Below, one piece after another: positions 1 to 12,800 of a stretch of DNA of 64,000 nucleotides (position 1 is the stretch's first letter; every line of letters begins with the position of its first letter). The notes beneath the pieces were generated by a model that had not been told where the DNA came from, did no database searches, and worked only from the letters and a program-made list of their open reading frames with translations. The stretch comes from the human T2T-CHM13v2.0 reference genome, Homo sapiens. Location: NCBI RefSeq assembly GCF_009914755.1, contig NC_060928.1, one strand, 5' to 3'. A program made the translations under genes and the position numbers.

Positions 1-88
1 CACAGAGTTGAATATTCCCTTTTATAGAGCACGTTTGAAACACTCTTTCTGCACTATCTGGAAGTGGACATTTCGAGCGCTTTGAGGC

Positions 89-105
89 CTATGGTGAAAA
101 AGGAA
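89..105 (+). other. pJ-alpha (A-type) box, example in M19; variants in M2, M5, M7, M9, M12, M14 and M16
   Basis: CTATGGTGAAAAAGGAA occupies the position held by the CENP-B box in B-type monomers. Confidence 0.8.
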
Positions 106-259
106 ATATCTTCCCATAAAAACTAGACAGAAGCATTCTCAGAAACTTGTTTGTGATGTGTGTATTCAACTAACAGAGTTGAACTTTTGTTTTTACAGAG
201 CCGTTTTAAAACACTCTTTTTGTGGAATCAGAAAGTGGATATTCGGATGGCTCTGAGGA

Positions 260-276
260 TTTCGTTGGAAGCGGGA
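260..276 (+). promoter_or_regulatory. Intact CENP-B box, M1 (first-HOR example; recurs in each 19-mer)
   Basis: TTTCGTTGGAAGCGGGA matches the core NTTCGNNNNANNCGGGN. Confidence 0.93.
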
Positions 277-597
277 TTACATATAAAATCTAGAGAGAAG
301 CATTCTCAGGAACTTCTTTGTGATGTTTGCATTGAAGTCACAGAATTGAACATTCACTTTGATAGAGCAGGTTTGAAACACTCATTCTGTAGTATCTGGA
401 AGTGGACATTTCAAGCGCTTTCAGGCCTATGGTGAGAAAGGAAATATCTTCGAATAAAAACTAGACAGAAGCATCCTCAGAAACTTATTTGTGATGTGTG
501 TCCTCAACTAACAGAGTTGAAACTTTGTTTTGATACAGCATTTTGGAAACACTCTTTTTGTAGAATCTGCAGGTGGATATTTGGATAGCTTAGAGGG

Positions 598-614
598 ATT
601 CGTTGGAAAGGGGA
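598..614 (+). other. Degenerate CENP-B box, M3
   Basis: ATTCGTTGGAAAGGGGA: core CGGG changed to GGGG. Confidence 0.88.
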
Positions 615-767
615 TATCTTCATATAAAATCTAGACAGAAGCATTCTCAGAAACTTATTTGTGATGTGTGTCCTCAACTAACAGAGTTGAACCTTGGTTT
701 TGATACAGCATTTTGGAAACACTCCTTTTGTAGAATCTGCAGGTGGATATGTGGATAGCTCTGAAGA

Positions 768-784
768 TTTCGTTGGAAACGGGA
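768..784 (+). promoter_or_regulatory. Intact CENP-B box, M4
   Basis: TTTCGTTGGAAACGGGA. Confidence 0.93.
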
Positions 785-1108
785 ATTTCTTCATATAAAA
801 TCAAACAGAAGCATTCTCAGAAACTTCTCAGTGATGTTTGCATTCAGCTCATGGAGTTGAACACTTCCTTTCATAGAGCCGGTTTGAAACACTCTTTCTG
901 CACTACCTGGAAGAGGACATTTCGAGCGCTTTGAGTCCTATGGTGAAAAAGGAAATATCTTCTCATAAAAACCAGAAAGAAGCATTCTCAGAAACTTCTT
1001 TGTGTTGTGTGTACTCATGTAACAGTGTTGAACCATCCTTTTGACAGAGCAGTTTTGAAACACTCTTTTTGTAGAATCTGCAAGTGGATATTTGGATAGC
1101 TTTGAGGA

Positions 1109-1125
1109 TTTCGTTGGAAACGGGA
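1109..1125 (+). promoter_or_regulatory. Intact CENP-B box, M6
   Basis: TTTCGTTGGAAACGGGA. Confidence 0.93.
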
Positions 1126-1446
1126 TGACATATAATATCTAGAGAGAAGCATTCTCAGGAACTTCTTTGTGATGTTTGCATTCAAGTCACAGAATTGAAC
1201 ATTCCCTTTCATAGAGCAGGTTTGAAACACTCTTTCTCTAGTATCTGGAAGTGGGCATTTCAAGCGCTTTCAGGCCTATGGAGAGAAAGGAAATACCTTC
1301 AAATAAAAACTAGACAGAAGCATTCTCAGAAACTTATTTGTGATGTGTGTCCTCAACTAACAGAGTTGAACCTTTGTTTTGATACAGCATTTTGGAAACA
1401 CTCCTTTTGTAGAATCTGCAGGTGGATATTTGGATAACTTTGAAGA

Positions 1447-1463
1447 TTTCGTTGGAAACCGGA
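1447..1463 (+). other. Degenerate CENP-B box, M8
   Basis: TTTCGTTGGAAACCGGA: core CGGG changed to CCGG. Confidence 0.88.
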
Positions 1464-1789
1464 ATATCTTCATATAAAATCAAGACAGAAGCATTCTCGG
1501 AAACATCTCTGTGATGTTTGCATTCAACTCAGTAGAGTTGAACACTTCCTTTCATAGAGCCGGTTTGAAACACTCTTTCTGCACTACCTGGAAGCGGACA
1601 TTTCGAGCGCTTTGAGGCCTATGGTGAAAAAGGAAATATCTTCTCATAAAAACCAGAAAGAAGCATTCTCAGAAACTTCTTTGTGTTGTGTGTACTCAAG
1701 TAACAGTGTTGAACCTTCCTTTTGACACAGCAGTTTTGAAACACTCTTTTGGTAGAATCTGCAAGTGGATATTTGGATAGCTTTGAGGA

Positions 1790-1806
1790 TTTCGTTGGAA
1801 ACGGGT
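1790..1806 (+). promoter_or_regulatory. CENP-B box, M10 (nine core positions intact, last base T)
   Basis: TTTCGTTGGAAACGGGT. Confidence 0.85.
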
Positions 1807-1959
1807 TATCTTCATATAAAATCCAGACAGGAGCATTCTCAGAAACTTCTTTGTGCTGCATGTCCTCAATTCACAGAGCTGAACCTTTGTTTGGATACAG
1901 CATTTTGGAAACATTCCTTTAGTAGAATCTGCAAGTTGATATTTAGATAGCTTTGAAGA

Positions 1960-1976
1960 TTTCGTTGGAAACGGGA
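1960..1976 (+). promoter_or_regulatory. Intact CENP-B box, M11
   Basis: TTTCGTTGGAAACGGGA. Confidence 0.93.
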
Positions 1977-2299
1977 ATATCTTCATAGAAAATCTAGACG
2001 GAAGCATTCTCAGAAACTGCTTTGTGATGTTTGCATTCAAGTCACAGAGTTGAATATTCCCTTTTATAGAGTAGGTTTGAAACACTCTTTCGGCACTACC
2101 TGGAAGTGGATATTTCGAGCTCTTTGAGGCCTATGGTTAAAAGGAAATATCTTCCCATAAAAACTAGACAGAAGCCGTCTCAGAAACTTGTTTGTGATGT
2201 GTGTATTCAACTACCAGAGTTGAACATTTCTGTTACAGAGCAATTTTAAAACACTCTTTTTGTGGAATCTGAAAGTGGATAATTGGATAGCTTTGTGGA

Positions 2300-2316
2300 T
2301 TTCGTTGGAAACGGGA
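2300..2316 (+). promoter_or_regulatory. Intact CENP-B box, M13
   Basis: TTTCGTTGGAAACGGGA. Confidence 0.93.
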
Positions 2317-2637
2317 TGACGTATAAAATCTAGAGAGAAGCATTCTCAGGAACTTCTTTCTGATGTTTGCATTCAAGTCACAGAATTGAACATTCCTTTT
2401 CATAGTGCAGGTTTGAAACACTCTTTCTGTAGTATCTGGAAGTGGACATTTCAAGCGCTTTCAGGCCTACGGGGAGAAAGGAAATATCTTCAAATAAAAA
2501 CTAGACAGAAGGATTCTCAGAAACTTATTTGTGATGTGTGTCCTAAACGAACACAGTTGAACCTTTGTTTTGATACAGCATTTTGGAAACACTCCTTTTG
2601 TAGGATCTGCAGGTGGATATTTGGATAGATTTTAAGA

Positions 2638-2654
2638 TTTCGTTGGAAACGGGA
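2638..2654 (+). promoter_or_regulatory. Intact CENP-B box, M15
   Basis: TTTCGTTGGAAACGGGA. Confidence 0.93.
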
Positions 2655-2979
2655 GTTTCTTCATAGAAACTCAAGACAGATGCATTCTCAGAAACATCTC
2701 TGTGATGTTTGCATTCCACTCATAGAGTTGAAAACTTCCTTTCATAGAGCAGGTTTGAAACACTCTTTTTGTAATATTTGGAAGTGGACATTTGCAGCGC
2801 TTTGAGGCCTATGGTGAAAAAGGAAATATCTTCTCATAAAAACCAGAAACAAGCATTCTCAGAAACTTCTTTTTGATGTGTGTACTCAAGTAACAGAGTT
2901 GAACCTTCCTTTTGACACAGCAGTTTTGAAACAATCTTTTTGTAGAATCTGCAAGTGGATATTTGGATAGCTTTGAGGA

Positions 2980-2996
2980 TTTCGTTGGAAACGGGA
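2980..2996 (+). promoter_or_regulatory. Intact CENP-B box, M17
   Basis: TTTCGTTGGAAACGGGA. Confidence 0.93.
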
Positions 2997-3149
2997 TATC
3001 TTCATATAAAATCTAGACAGAAGCATTCTCAGAAACTTCTTTGTGCTGTATGTCCTCAATTAACAGAGTTGAACCATTGCTTGGATACAGCATTTTGGAA
3101 ACATTCCTTGAGTAGAATCTGCAAGTTGATATTTAGATAGATTTGAAGA

Positions 3150-3166
3150 TTTCGTTGGAAAAGGGA
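3150..3166 (+). other. Degenerate CENP-B box, M18
   Basis: TTTCGTTGGAAAAGGGA: core CGGG changed to AGGG. Confidence 0.88.
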
Positions 3167-6100
3167 ATATCTCCATAGAAAATCTAGAGGGAAGCATTCT
3201 CAGAAACTGCTTTGTGATGTTTCCATTCAAGTCACAGAGTTGAATATTCCCTTTTATAGAGCACGTTTGAAACACTCTTTCTGCACTATCTGGAAGTGGA
3301 CATTTCGAGCGCTTTGAGGCCTATGGTGAAAAAGGAAATATCTTCCCATAAAAACTAGACAGAAGCATTCTCAGAAACTTGTTTGTGATGTGTGTATTCA
3401 ACTAACAGAGTTGAACTTTTGTTTTTACAGAGCCGTTTTAAAACACTCTTTTTGTGGAATCAGAAAGTGGATATTCGGATGGCTCTGAGGATTTCGTTGG
3501 AAGCGGGATTACATATAAAATCTAGAGAGAAGCATTCTCAGGAACTTCTTTGTGATGTTTGCATTGAAGTCACAGAATTGAACATTCACTTTGATAGAGC
3601 AGGTTTGAAACACTCATTCTGTAGTATCTGGAAGTGGACATTTCAAGCGCTTTCAGGCCTATGGTGAGAAAGGAAATATCTTCGAATAAAAACTAGACAG
3701 AAGCATCCTCAGAAACTTATTTGTGATGTGTGTCCTCAACTAACAGAGTTGAAACTTTGTTTTGATACAGCATTTTGGAAACACTCTTTTTGTAGAATCT
3801 GCAGGTGGATATTTGGATAGCTTAGAGGGATTCGTTGGAAAGGGGATATCTTCATATAAAATCTAGACAGAAGCATTCTCAGAAACTTATTTGTGATGTG
3901 TGTCCTCAACTAACAGAGTTGAACCTTGGTTTTGATACAGCATTTTGGAAACACTCCTTTTGTAGAATCTGCAGGTGGATATGTGGATAGCTCTGAAGAT
4001 TTCGTTGGAAACGGGAATTTCTTCATATAAAATCAAACAGAAGCATTCTCAGAAACTTCTCAGTGATGTTTGCATTCAGCTCATGGAGTTGAACACTTCC
4101 TTTCATAGAGCCGGTTTGAAACACTCTTTCTGCACTACCTGGAAGAGGACATTTCGAGCGCTTTGAGTCCTATGGTGAAAAAGGAAATATCTTCTCATAA
4201 AAACCAGAAAGAAGCATTCTCAGAAACTTCTTTGTGTTGTGTGTACTCATGTAACAGTGTTGAACCATCCTTTTGACAGAGCAGTTTTGAAACACTCTTT
4301 TTGTAGAATCTGCAAGTGGATATTTGGATAGCTTTGAGGATTTCGTTGGAAACGGGATGACATATAATATCTAGAGAGAAGCATTCTCAGGAACTTCTTT
4401 GTGATGTTTGCATTCAAGTCACAGAATTGAACATTCCCTTTCATAGAGCAGGTTTGAAACACTCTTTCTCTAGTATCTGGAAGTGGGCATTTCAAGCGCT
4501 TTCAGGCCTATGGAGAGAAAGGAAATACCTTCAAATAAAAACTAGACAGAAGCATTCTCAGAAACTTATTTGTGATGTGTGTCCTCAACTAACAGAGTTG
4601 AACCTTTGTTTTGATACAGCATTTTGGAAACACTCCTTTTGTAGAATCTGCAGGTGGATATTTGGATAACTTTGAAGATTTCGTTGGAAACCGGAATATC
4701 TTCATATAAAATCAAGACAGAAGCATTCTCGGAAACATCTCTGTGATGTTTGCATTCAACTCAGTAGAGTTGAACACTTCCTTTCATAGAGCCGGTTTGA
4801 AACACTCTTTCTGCACTACCTGGAAGCGGACATTTCGAGCGCTTTGAGGCCTATGGTGAAAAAGGAAATATCTTCTCATAAAAACCAGAAAGAAGCATTC
4901 TCAGAAACTTCTTTGTGTTGTGTGTACTCAAGTAACAGTGTTGAACCTTCCTTTTGACACAGCAGTTTTGAAACACTCTTTTGGTAGAATCTGCAAGTGG
5001 ATATTTGGATAGCTTTGAGGATTTCGTTGGAAACGGGTTATCTTCATATAAAATCCAGACAGGAGCATTCTCAGAAACTTCTTTGTGCTGCATGTCCTCA
5101 ATTCACAGAGCTGAACCTTTGTTTGGATACAGCATTTTGGAAACATTCCTTTAGTAGAATCTGCAAGTTGATATTTAGATAGCTTTGAAGATTTCGTTGG
5201 AAACGGGAATATCTTCATAGAAAATCTAGACGGAAGCATTCTCAGAAACTGCTTTGTGATGTTTGCATTCAAGTCACAGAGTTGAATATTCCCTTTTATA
5301 GAGTAGGTTTGAAACACTCTTTCGGCACTACCTGGAAGTGGATATTTCGAGCTCTTTGAGGCCTATGGTTAAAAGGAAATATCTTCCCATAAAAACTAGA
5401 CAGAAGCCGTCTCAGAAACTTGTTTGTGATGTGTGTATTCAACTACCAGAGTTGAACATTTCTGTTACAGAGCAATTTTAAAACACTCTTTTTGTGGAAT
5501 CTGAAAGTGGATAATTGGATAGCTTTGTGGATTTCGTTGGAAACGGGATGACGTATAAAATCTAGAGAGAAGCATTCTCAGGAACTTCTTTCTGATGTTT
5601 GCATTCAAGTCACAGAATTGAACATTCCTTTTCATAGTGCAGGTTTGAAACACTCTTTCTGTAGTATCTGGAAGTGGACATTTCAAGCGCTTTCAGGCCT
5701 ACGGGGAGAAAGGAAATATCTTCAAATAAAAACTAGACAGAAGGATTCTCAGAAACTTATTTGTGATGTGTGTCCTAAACGAACACAGTTGAACCTTTGT
5801 TTTGATACAGCATTTTGGAAACACTCCTTTTGTAGGATCTGCAGGTGGATATTTGGATAGATTTTAAGATTTCGTTGGAAACGGGAGTTTCTTCATAGAA
5901 ACTCAAGACAGATGCATTCTCAGAAACATCTCTGTGATGTTTGCATTCCACTCATAGAGTTGAAAACTTCCTTTCATAGAGCAGGTTTGAAACACTCTTT
6001 TTGTAATATTTGGAAGTGGACATTTGCAGCGCTTTGAGGCCTATGGTGAAAAAGGAAATATCTTCTCATAAAAACCAGAAACAAGCATTCTCAGAAACTT

Positions 6101-9100
6101 CTTTTTGATGTGTGTACTCAAGTAACAGAGTTGAACCTTCCTTTTGACACAGCAGTTTTGAAACAATCTTTTTGTAGAATCTGCAAGTGGATATTTGGAT
6201 AGCTTTGAGGATTTCGTTGGAAACGGGATATCTTCATATAAAATCTAGACAGAAGCATTCTCAGAAACTTCTTTGTGCTGTATGTCCTCAATTAACAGAG
6301 TTGAACCATTGCTTGGATACAGCATTTTGGAAACATTCCTTGAGTAGAATCTGCAAGTTGATATTTAGATAGATTTGAAGATTTCGTTGGAAAAGGGAAT
6401 ATCTCCATAGAAAATCTAGAGGGAAGCATTCTCAGAAACTGCTTTGTGATGTTTCCATTCAAGTCACAGAGTTGAATATTCCCTTTTATAGAGCACGTTT
6501 GAAACACTCTTTCTGCACTATCTGGAAGTGGACATTTCGAGCGCTTTGAGGCCTATGGTGAAAAAGGAAATATCTTCCCATAAAAACTAGACAGAAGCAT
6601 TCTCAGAAACTTGTTTGTGATGTGTGTATTCAACTAACAGAGTTGAACTTTTGTTTTTACAGAGCCGTTTTAAAACACTCTTTTTGTGGAATCAGAAAGT
6701 GGATATTCGGATGGCTCTGAGGATTTCGTTGGAAGCGGGATTACATATAAAATCTAGAGAGAAGCATTCTCAGGAACTTCTTTGTGATGTTTGCATTGAA
6801 GTCACAGAATTGAACATTCACTTTGATAGAGCAGGTTTGAAACACTCATTCTGTAGTATCTGGAAGTGGACATTTCAAGCGCTTTCAGGCCTATGGTGAG
6901 AAAGGAAATATCTTCGAATAAAAACTAGACAGAAGCATCCTCAGAAACTTATTTGTGATGTGTGTCCTCAACTAACAGAGTTGAAACTTTGTTTTGATAC
7001 AGCATTTTGGAAACACTCTTTTTGTAGAATCTGCAGGTGGATATTTGGATAGCTTAGAGGGATTCGTTGGAAAGGGGATATCTTCATATAAAATCTAGAC
7101 AGAAGCATTCTCAGAAACTTATTTGTGATGTGTGTCCTCAACTAACAGAGTTGAACCTTGGTTTTGATACAGCATTTTGGAAACACTCCTTTTGTAGAAT
7201 CTGCAGGTGGATATGTGGATAGCTCTGAAGATTTCGTTGGAAACGGGAATTTCTTCATATAAAATCAAACAGAAGCATTCTCAGAAACTTCTCAGTGATG
7301 TTTGCATTCAGCTCATGGAGTTGAACACTTCCTTTCATAGAGCCGGTTTGAAACACTCTTTCTGCACTACCTGGAAGAGGACATTTCGAGCGCTTTGAGT
7401 CCTATGGTGAAAAAGGAAATATCTTCTCATAAAAACCAGAAAGAAGCATTCTCAGAAACTTCTTTGTGTTGTGTGTACTCATGTAACAGTGTTGAACCAT
7501 CCTTTTGACAGAGCAGTTTTGAAACACTCTTTTTGTAGAATCTGCAAGTGGATATTTGGATAGCTTTGAGGATTTCGTTGGAAACGGGATGACATATAAT
7601 ATCTAGAGAGAAGCATTCTCAGGAACTTCTTTGTGATGTTTGCATTCAAGTCACAGAATTGAACATTCCCTTTCATAGAGCAGGTTTGAAACACTCTTTC
7701 TCTAGTATCTGGAAGTGGGCATTTCAAGCGCTTTCAGGCCTATGGAGAGAAAGGAAATACCTTCAAATAAAAACTAGACAGAAGCATTCTCAGAAACTTA
7801 TTTGTGATGTGTGTCCTCAACTAACAGAGTTGAACCTTTGTTTTGATACAGCATTTTGGAAACACTCCTTTTGTAGAATCTGCAGGTGGATATTTGGATA
7901 ACTTTGAAGATTTCGTTGGAAACCGGAATATCTTCATATAAAATCAAGACAGAAGCATTCTCGGAAACATCTCTGTGATGTTTGCATTCAACTCAGTAGA
8001 GTTGAACACTTCCTTTCATAGAGCCGGTTTGAAACACTCTTTCTGCACTACCTGGAAGCGGACATTTCGAGCGCTTTGAGGCCTATGGTGAAAAAGGAAA
8101 TATCTTCTCATAAAAACCAGAAAGAAGCATTCTCAGAAACTTCTTTGTGTTGTGTGTACTCAAGTAACAGTGTTGAACCTTCCTTTTGACACAGCAGTTT
8201 TGAAACACTCTTTTGGTAGAATCTGCAAGTGGATATTTGGATAGCTTTGAGGATTTCGTTGGAAACGGGTTATCTTCATATAAAATCCAGACAGGAGCAT
8301 TCTCAGAAACTTCTTTGTGCTGCATGTCCTCAATTCACAGAGCTGAACCTTTGTTTGGATACAGCATTTTGGAAACATTCCTTTAGTAGAATCTGCAAGT
8401 TGATATTTAGATAGCTTTGAAGATTTCGTTGGAAACGGGAATATCTTCATAGAAAATCTAGACGGAAGCATTCTCAGAAACTGCTTTGTGATGTTTGCAT
8501 TCAAGTCACAGAGTTGAATATTCCCTTTTATAGAGTAGGTTTGAAACACTCTTTCGGCACTACCTGGAAGTGGATATTTCGAGCTCTTTGAGGCCTATGG
8601 TTAAAAGGAAATATCTTCCCATAAAAACTAGACAGAAGCCGTCTCAGAAACTTGTTTGTGATGTGTGTATTCAACTACCAGAGTTGAACATTTCTGTTAC
8701 AGAGCAATTTTAAAACACTCTTTTTGTGGAATCTGAAAGTGGATAATTGGATAGCTTTGTGGATTTCGTTGGAAACGGGATGACGTATAAAATCTAGAGA
8801 GAAGCATTCTCAGGAACTTCTTTCTGATGTTTGCATTCAAGTCACAGAATTGAACATTCCTTTTCATAGTGCAGGTTTGAAACACTCTTTCTGTAGTATC
8901 TGGAAGTGGACATTTCAAGCGCTTTCAGGCCTACGGGGAGAAAGGAAATATCTTCAAATAAAAACTAGACAGAAGGATTCTCAGAAACTTATTTGTGATG
9001 TGTGTCCTAAACGAACACAGTTGAACCTTTGTTTTGATACAGCATTTTGGAAACACTCCTTTTGTAGGATCTGCAGGTGGATATTTGGATAGATTTTAAG

Positions 9101-9829
9101 ATTTCGTTGGAAACGGGAGTTTCTTCATAGAAACTCAAGACAGATGCATTCTCAGAAACATCTCTGTGATGTTTGCATTCCACTCATAGAGTTGAAAACT
9201 TCCTTTCATAGAGCAGGTTTGAAACACTCTTTTTGTAATATTTGGAAGTGGACATTTGCAGCGCTTTGAGGCCTATGGTGAAAAAGGAAATATCTTCTCA
9301 TAAAAACCAGAAACAAGCATTCTCAGAAACTTCTTTTTGATGTGTGTACTCAAGTAACAGAGTTGAACCTTCCTTTTGACACAGCAGTTTTGAAACAATC
9401 TTTTTGTAGAATCTGCAAGTGGATATTTGGATAGCTTTGAGGATTTCGTTGGAAACGGGATATCTTCATATAAAATCTAGACAGAAGCATTCTCAGAAAC
9501 TTCTTTGTGCTGTATGTCCTCAATTAACAGAGTTGAACCATTGCTTGGATACAGCATTTTGGAAACATTCCTTGAGTAGAATCTGCAAGTTGATATTTAG
9601 ATAGATTTGAAGATTTCGTTGGAAAAGGGAATATCTCCATAGAAAATCTAGAGGGAAGCATTCTCAGAAACTGCTTTGTGATGTTTCCATTCAAGTCACA
9701 GAGTTGAATATTCCCTTTTATAGAGCACGTTTGAAACACTCTTTCTGCACTATCTGGAAGTGGACATTTCGAGCGCTTTGAGGCCTATGGTGAAAAAGGA
9801 AATATCTTCCCATAAAAACTAGACAGAAG

Positions 9830-12800
9830 CATTCTCAGAAACTTGTTTGTGATGTGTGTATTCAACTAACAGAGTTGAACTTTTGTTTTTACAGAGCCGT
9901 TTTAAAACACTCTTTTTGTGGAATCAGAAAGTGGATATTCGGATGGCTCTGAGGATTTCGTTGGAAGCGGGATTACATATAAAATCTAGAGAGAAGCATT
10001 CTCAGGAACTTCTTTGTGATGTTTGCATTGAAGTCACAGAATTGAACATTCACTTTGATAGAGCAGGTTTGAAACACTCATTCTGTAGTATCTGGAAGTG
10101 GACATTTCAAGCGCTTTCAGGCCTATGGTGAGAAAGGAAATATCTTCGAATAAAAACTAGACAGAAGCATCCTCAGAAACTTATTTGTGATGTGTGTCCT
10201 CAACTAACAGAGTTGAAACTTTGTTTTGATACAGCATTTTGGAAACACTCTTTTTGTAGAATCTGCAGGTGGATATTTGGATAGCTTAGAGGGATTCGTT
10301 GGAAAGGGGATATCTTCATATAAAATCTAGACAGAAGCATTCTCAGAAACTTATTTGTGATGTGTGTCCTCAACTAACAGAGTTGAACCTTGGTTTTGAT
10401 ACAGCATTTTGGAAACACTCCTTTTGTAGAATCTGCAGGTGGATATGTGGATAGCTCTGAAGATTTCGTTGGAAACGGGAATTTCTTCATATAAAATCAA
10501 ACAGAAGCATTCTCAGAAACTTCTCAGTGATGTTTGCATTCAGCTCATGGAGTTGAACACTTCCTTTCATAGAGCCGGTTTGAAACACTCTTTCTGCACT
10601 ACCTGGAAGAGGACATTTCGAGCGCTTTGAGTCCTATGGTGAAAAAGGAAATATCTTCTCATAAAAACCAGAAAGAAGCATTCTCAGAAACTTCTTTGTG
10701 TTGTGTGTACTCATGTAACAGTGTTGAACCATCCTTTTGACAGAGCAGTTTTGAAACACTCTTTTTGTAGAATCTGCAAGTGGATATTTGGATAGCTTTG
10801 AGGATTTCGTTGGAAACGGGATGACATATAATATCTAGAGAGAAGCATTCTCAGGAACTTCTTTGTGATGTTTGCATTCAAGTCACAGAATTGAACATTC
10901 CCTTTCATAGAGCAGGTTTGAAACACTCTTTCTCTAGTATCTGGAAGTGGGCATTTCAAGCGCTTTCAGGCCTATGGAGAGAAAGGAAATACCTTCAAAT
11001 AAAAACTAGACAGAAGCATTCTCAGAAACTTATTTGTGATGTGTGTCCTCAACTAACAGAGTTGAACCTTTGTTTTGATACAGCATTTTGGAAACACTCC
11101 TTTTGTAGAATCTGCAGGTGGATATTTGGATAACTTTGAAGATTTCGTTGGAAACCGGAATATCTTCATATAAAATCAAGACAGAAGCATTCTCGGAAAC
11201 ATCTCTGTGATGTTTGCATTCAACTCAGTAGAGTTGAACACTTCCTTTCATAGAGCCGGTTTGAAACACTCTTTCTGCACTACCTGGAAGCGGACATTTC
11301 GAGCGCTTTGAGGCCTATGGTGAAAAAGGAAATATCTTCTCATAAAAACCAGAAAGAAGCATTCTCAGAAACTTCTTTGTGTTGTGTGTACTCAAGTAAC
11401 AGTGTTGAACCTTCCTTTTGACACAGCAGTTTTGAAACACTCTTTTGGTAGAATCTGCAAGTGGATATTTGGATAGCTTTGAGGATTTCGTTGGAAACGG
11501 GTTATCTTCATATAAAATCCAGACAGAGCATTCTCAGAAACTTCTTTGTGCTGCATGTCCTCAATTCACAGAGCTGAACCTTTGTTTGGATACAGCATTT
11601 TGGAAACATTCCTTTAGTAGAATCTGCAAGTTGATATTTAGATAGCTTTGAAGATTTCGTTGGAAACGGGAATATCTTCATAGAAAATCTAGACGGAAGC
11701 ATTCTCAGAAACTGCTTTGTGATGTTTGCATTCAAGTCACAGAGTTGAATATTCCCTTTTATAGAGTAGGTTTGAAACACTCTTTCGGCACTACCTGGAA
11801 GTGGATATTTCGAGCTCTTTGAGGCCTATGGTTAAAAGGAAATATCTTCCCATAAAAACTAGACAGAAGCCGTCTCAGAAACTTGTTTGTGATGTGTGTA
11901 TTCAACTACCAGAGTTGAACATTTCTGTTACAGAGCAATTTTAAAACACTCTTTTTGTGGAATCTGAAAGTGGATAATTGGATAGCTTTGTGGATTTCGT
12001 TGGAAACGGGATGACGTATAAAATCTAGAGAGAAGCATTCTCAGGAACTTCTTTCTGATGTTTGCATTCAAGTCACAGAATTGAACATTCCTTTTCATAG
12101 TGCAGGTTTGAAACACTCTTTCTGTAGTATCTGGAAGTGGACATTTCAAGCGCTTTCAGGCCTACGGGGAGAAAGGAAATATCTTCAAATAAAAACTAGA
12201 CAGAAGGATTCTCAGAAACTTATTTGTGATGTGTGTCCTAAACGAACACAGTTGAACCTTTGTTTTGATACAGCATTTTGGAAACACTCCTTTTGTAGGA
12301 TCTGCAGGTGGATATTTGGATAGATTTTAAGATTTCGTTGGAAACGGGAGTTTCTTCATAGAAACTCAAGACAGATGCATTCTCAGAAACATCTCTGTGA
12401 TGTTTGCATTCCACTCATAGAGTTGAAAACTTCCTTTCATAGAGCAGGTTTGAAACACTCTTTTTGTAATATTTGGAAGTGGACATTTGCAGCGCTTTGA
12501 GGCCTATGGTGAAAAAGGAAATATCTTCTCATAAAAACCAGAAACAAGCATTCTCAGAAACTTCTTTTTGATGTGTGTACTCAAGTAACAGAGTTGAACC
12601 TTCCTTTTGACACAGCAGTTTTGAAACAATCTTTTTGTAGAATCTGCAAGTGGATATTTGGATAGCTTTGAGGATTTCGTTGGAAACGGGATATCTTCAT
12701 ATAAAATCTAGACAGAAGCATTCTCAGAAACTTCTTTGTGCTGTATGTCCTCAATTAACAGAGTTGAACCATTGCTTGGATACAGCATTTTGGAAACATT

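Larger units (their letters stand above)
134..3365 (+). repeat. Reference 19-mer HOR unit (M1-M19)
   Basis: Monomer starts are 134, 301, 472, 642, 812, 983, 1150, 1321, 1492, 1664, 1834, 2005, 2175, 2341, 2512, 2683, 2854, 3024 and 3195, then 3366. Lengths 167,171,170,170,171,167,171,171,172,170,171,170,166,171,171,171,170,171,171 sum to 3232. Type order is B A B B A B A B A B B A B A B A B B A (11 B-type, 8 A-type). Confidence 0.95.
134..9829 (+). repeat. Three canonical 3232-bp 19-mer HORs (starts 134, 3366, 6598)
   Basis: The same ORFs recur at exact 3232-bp spacing (160, 3392, 6624, 9856); no differences noticed. Confidence 0.93.

Noticed and set aside
620-632. TATA-like TATAAAA motifs, and a CRE-like TGACGT near 2317
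   Set aside because: These are ordinary monomer sequence just downstream of the CENP-B box; the sequence gives no evidence of promoter function.
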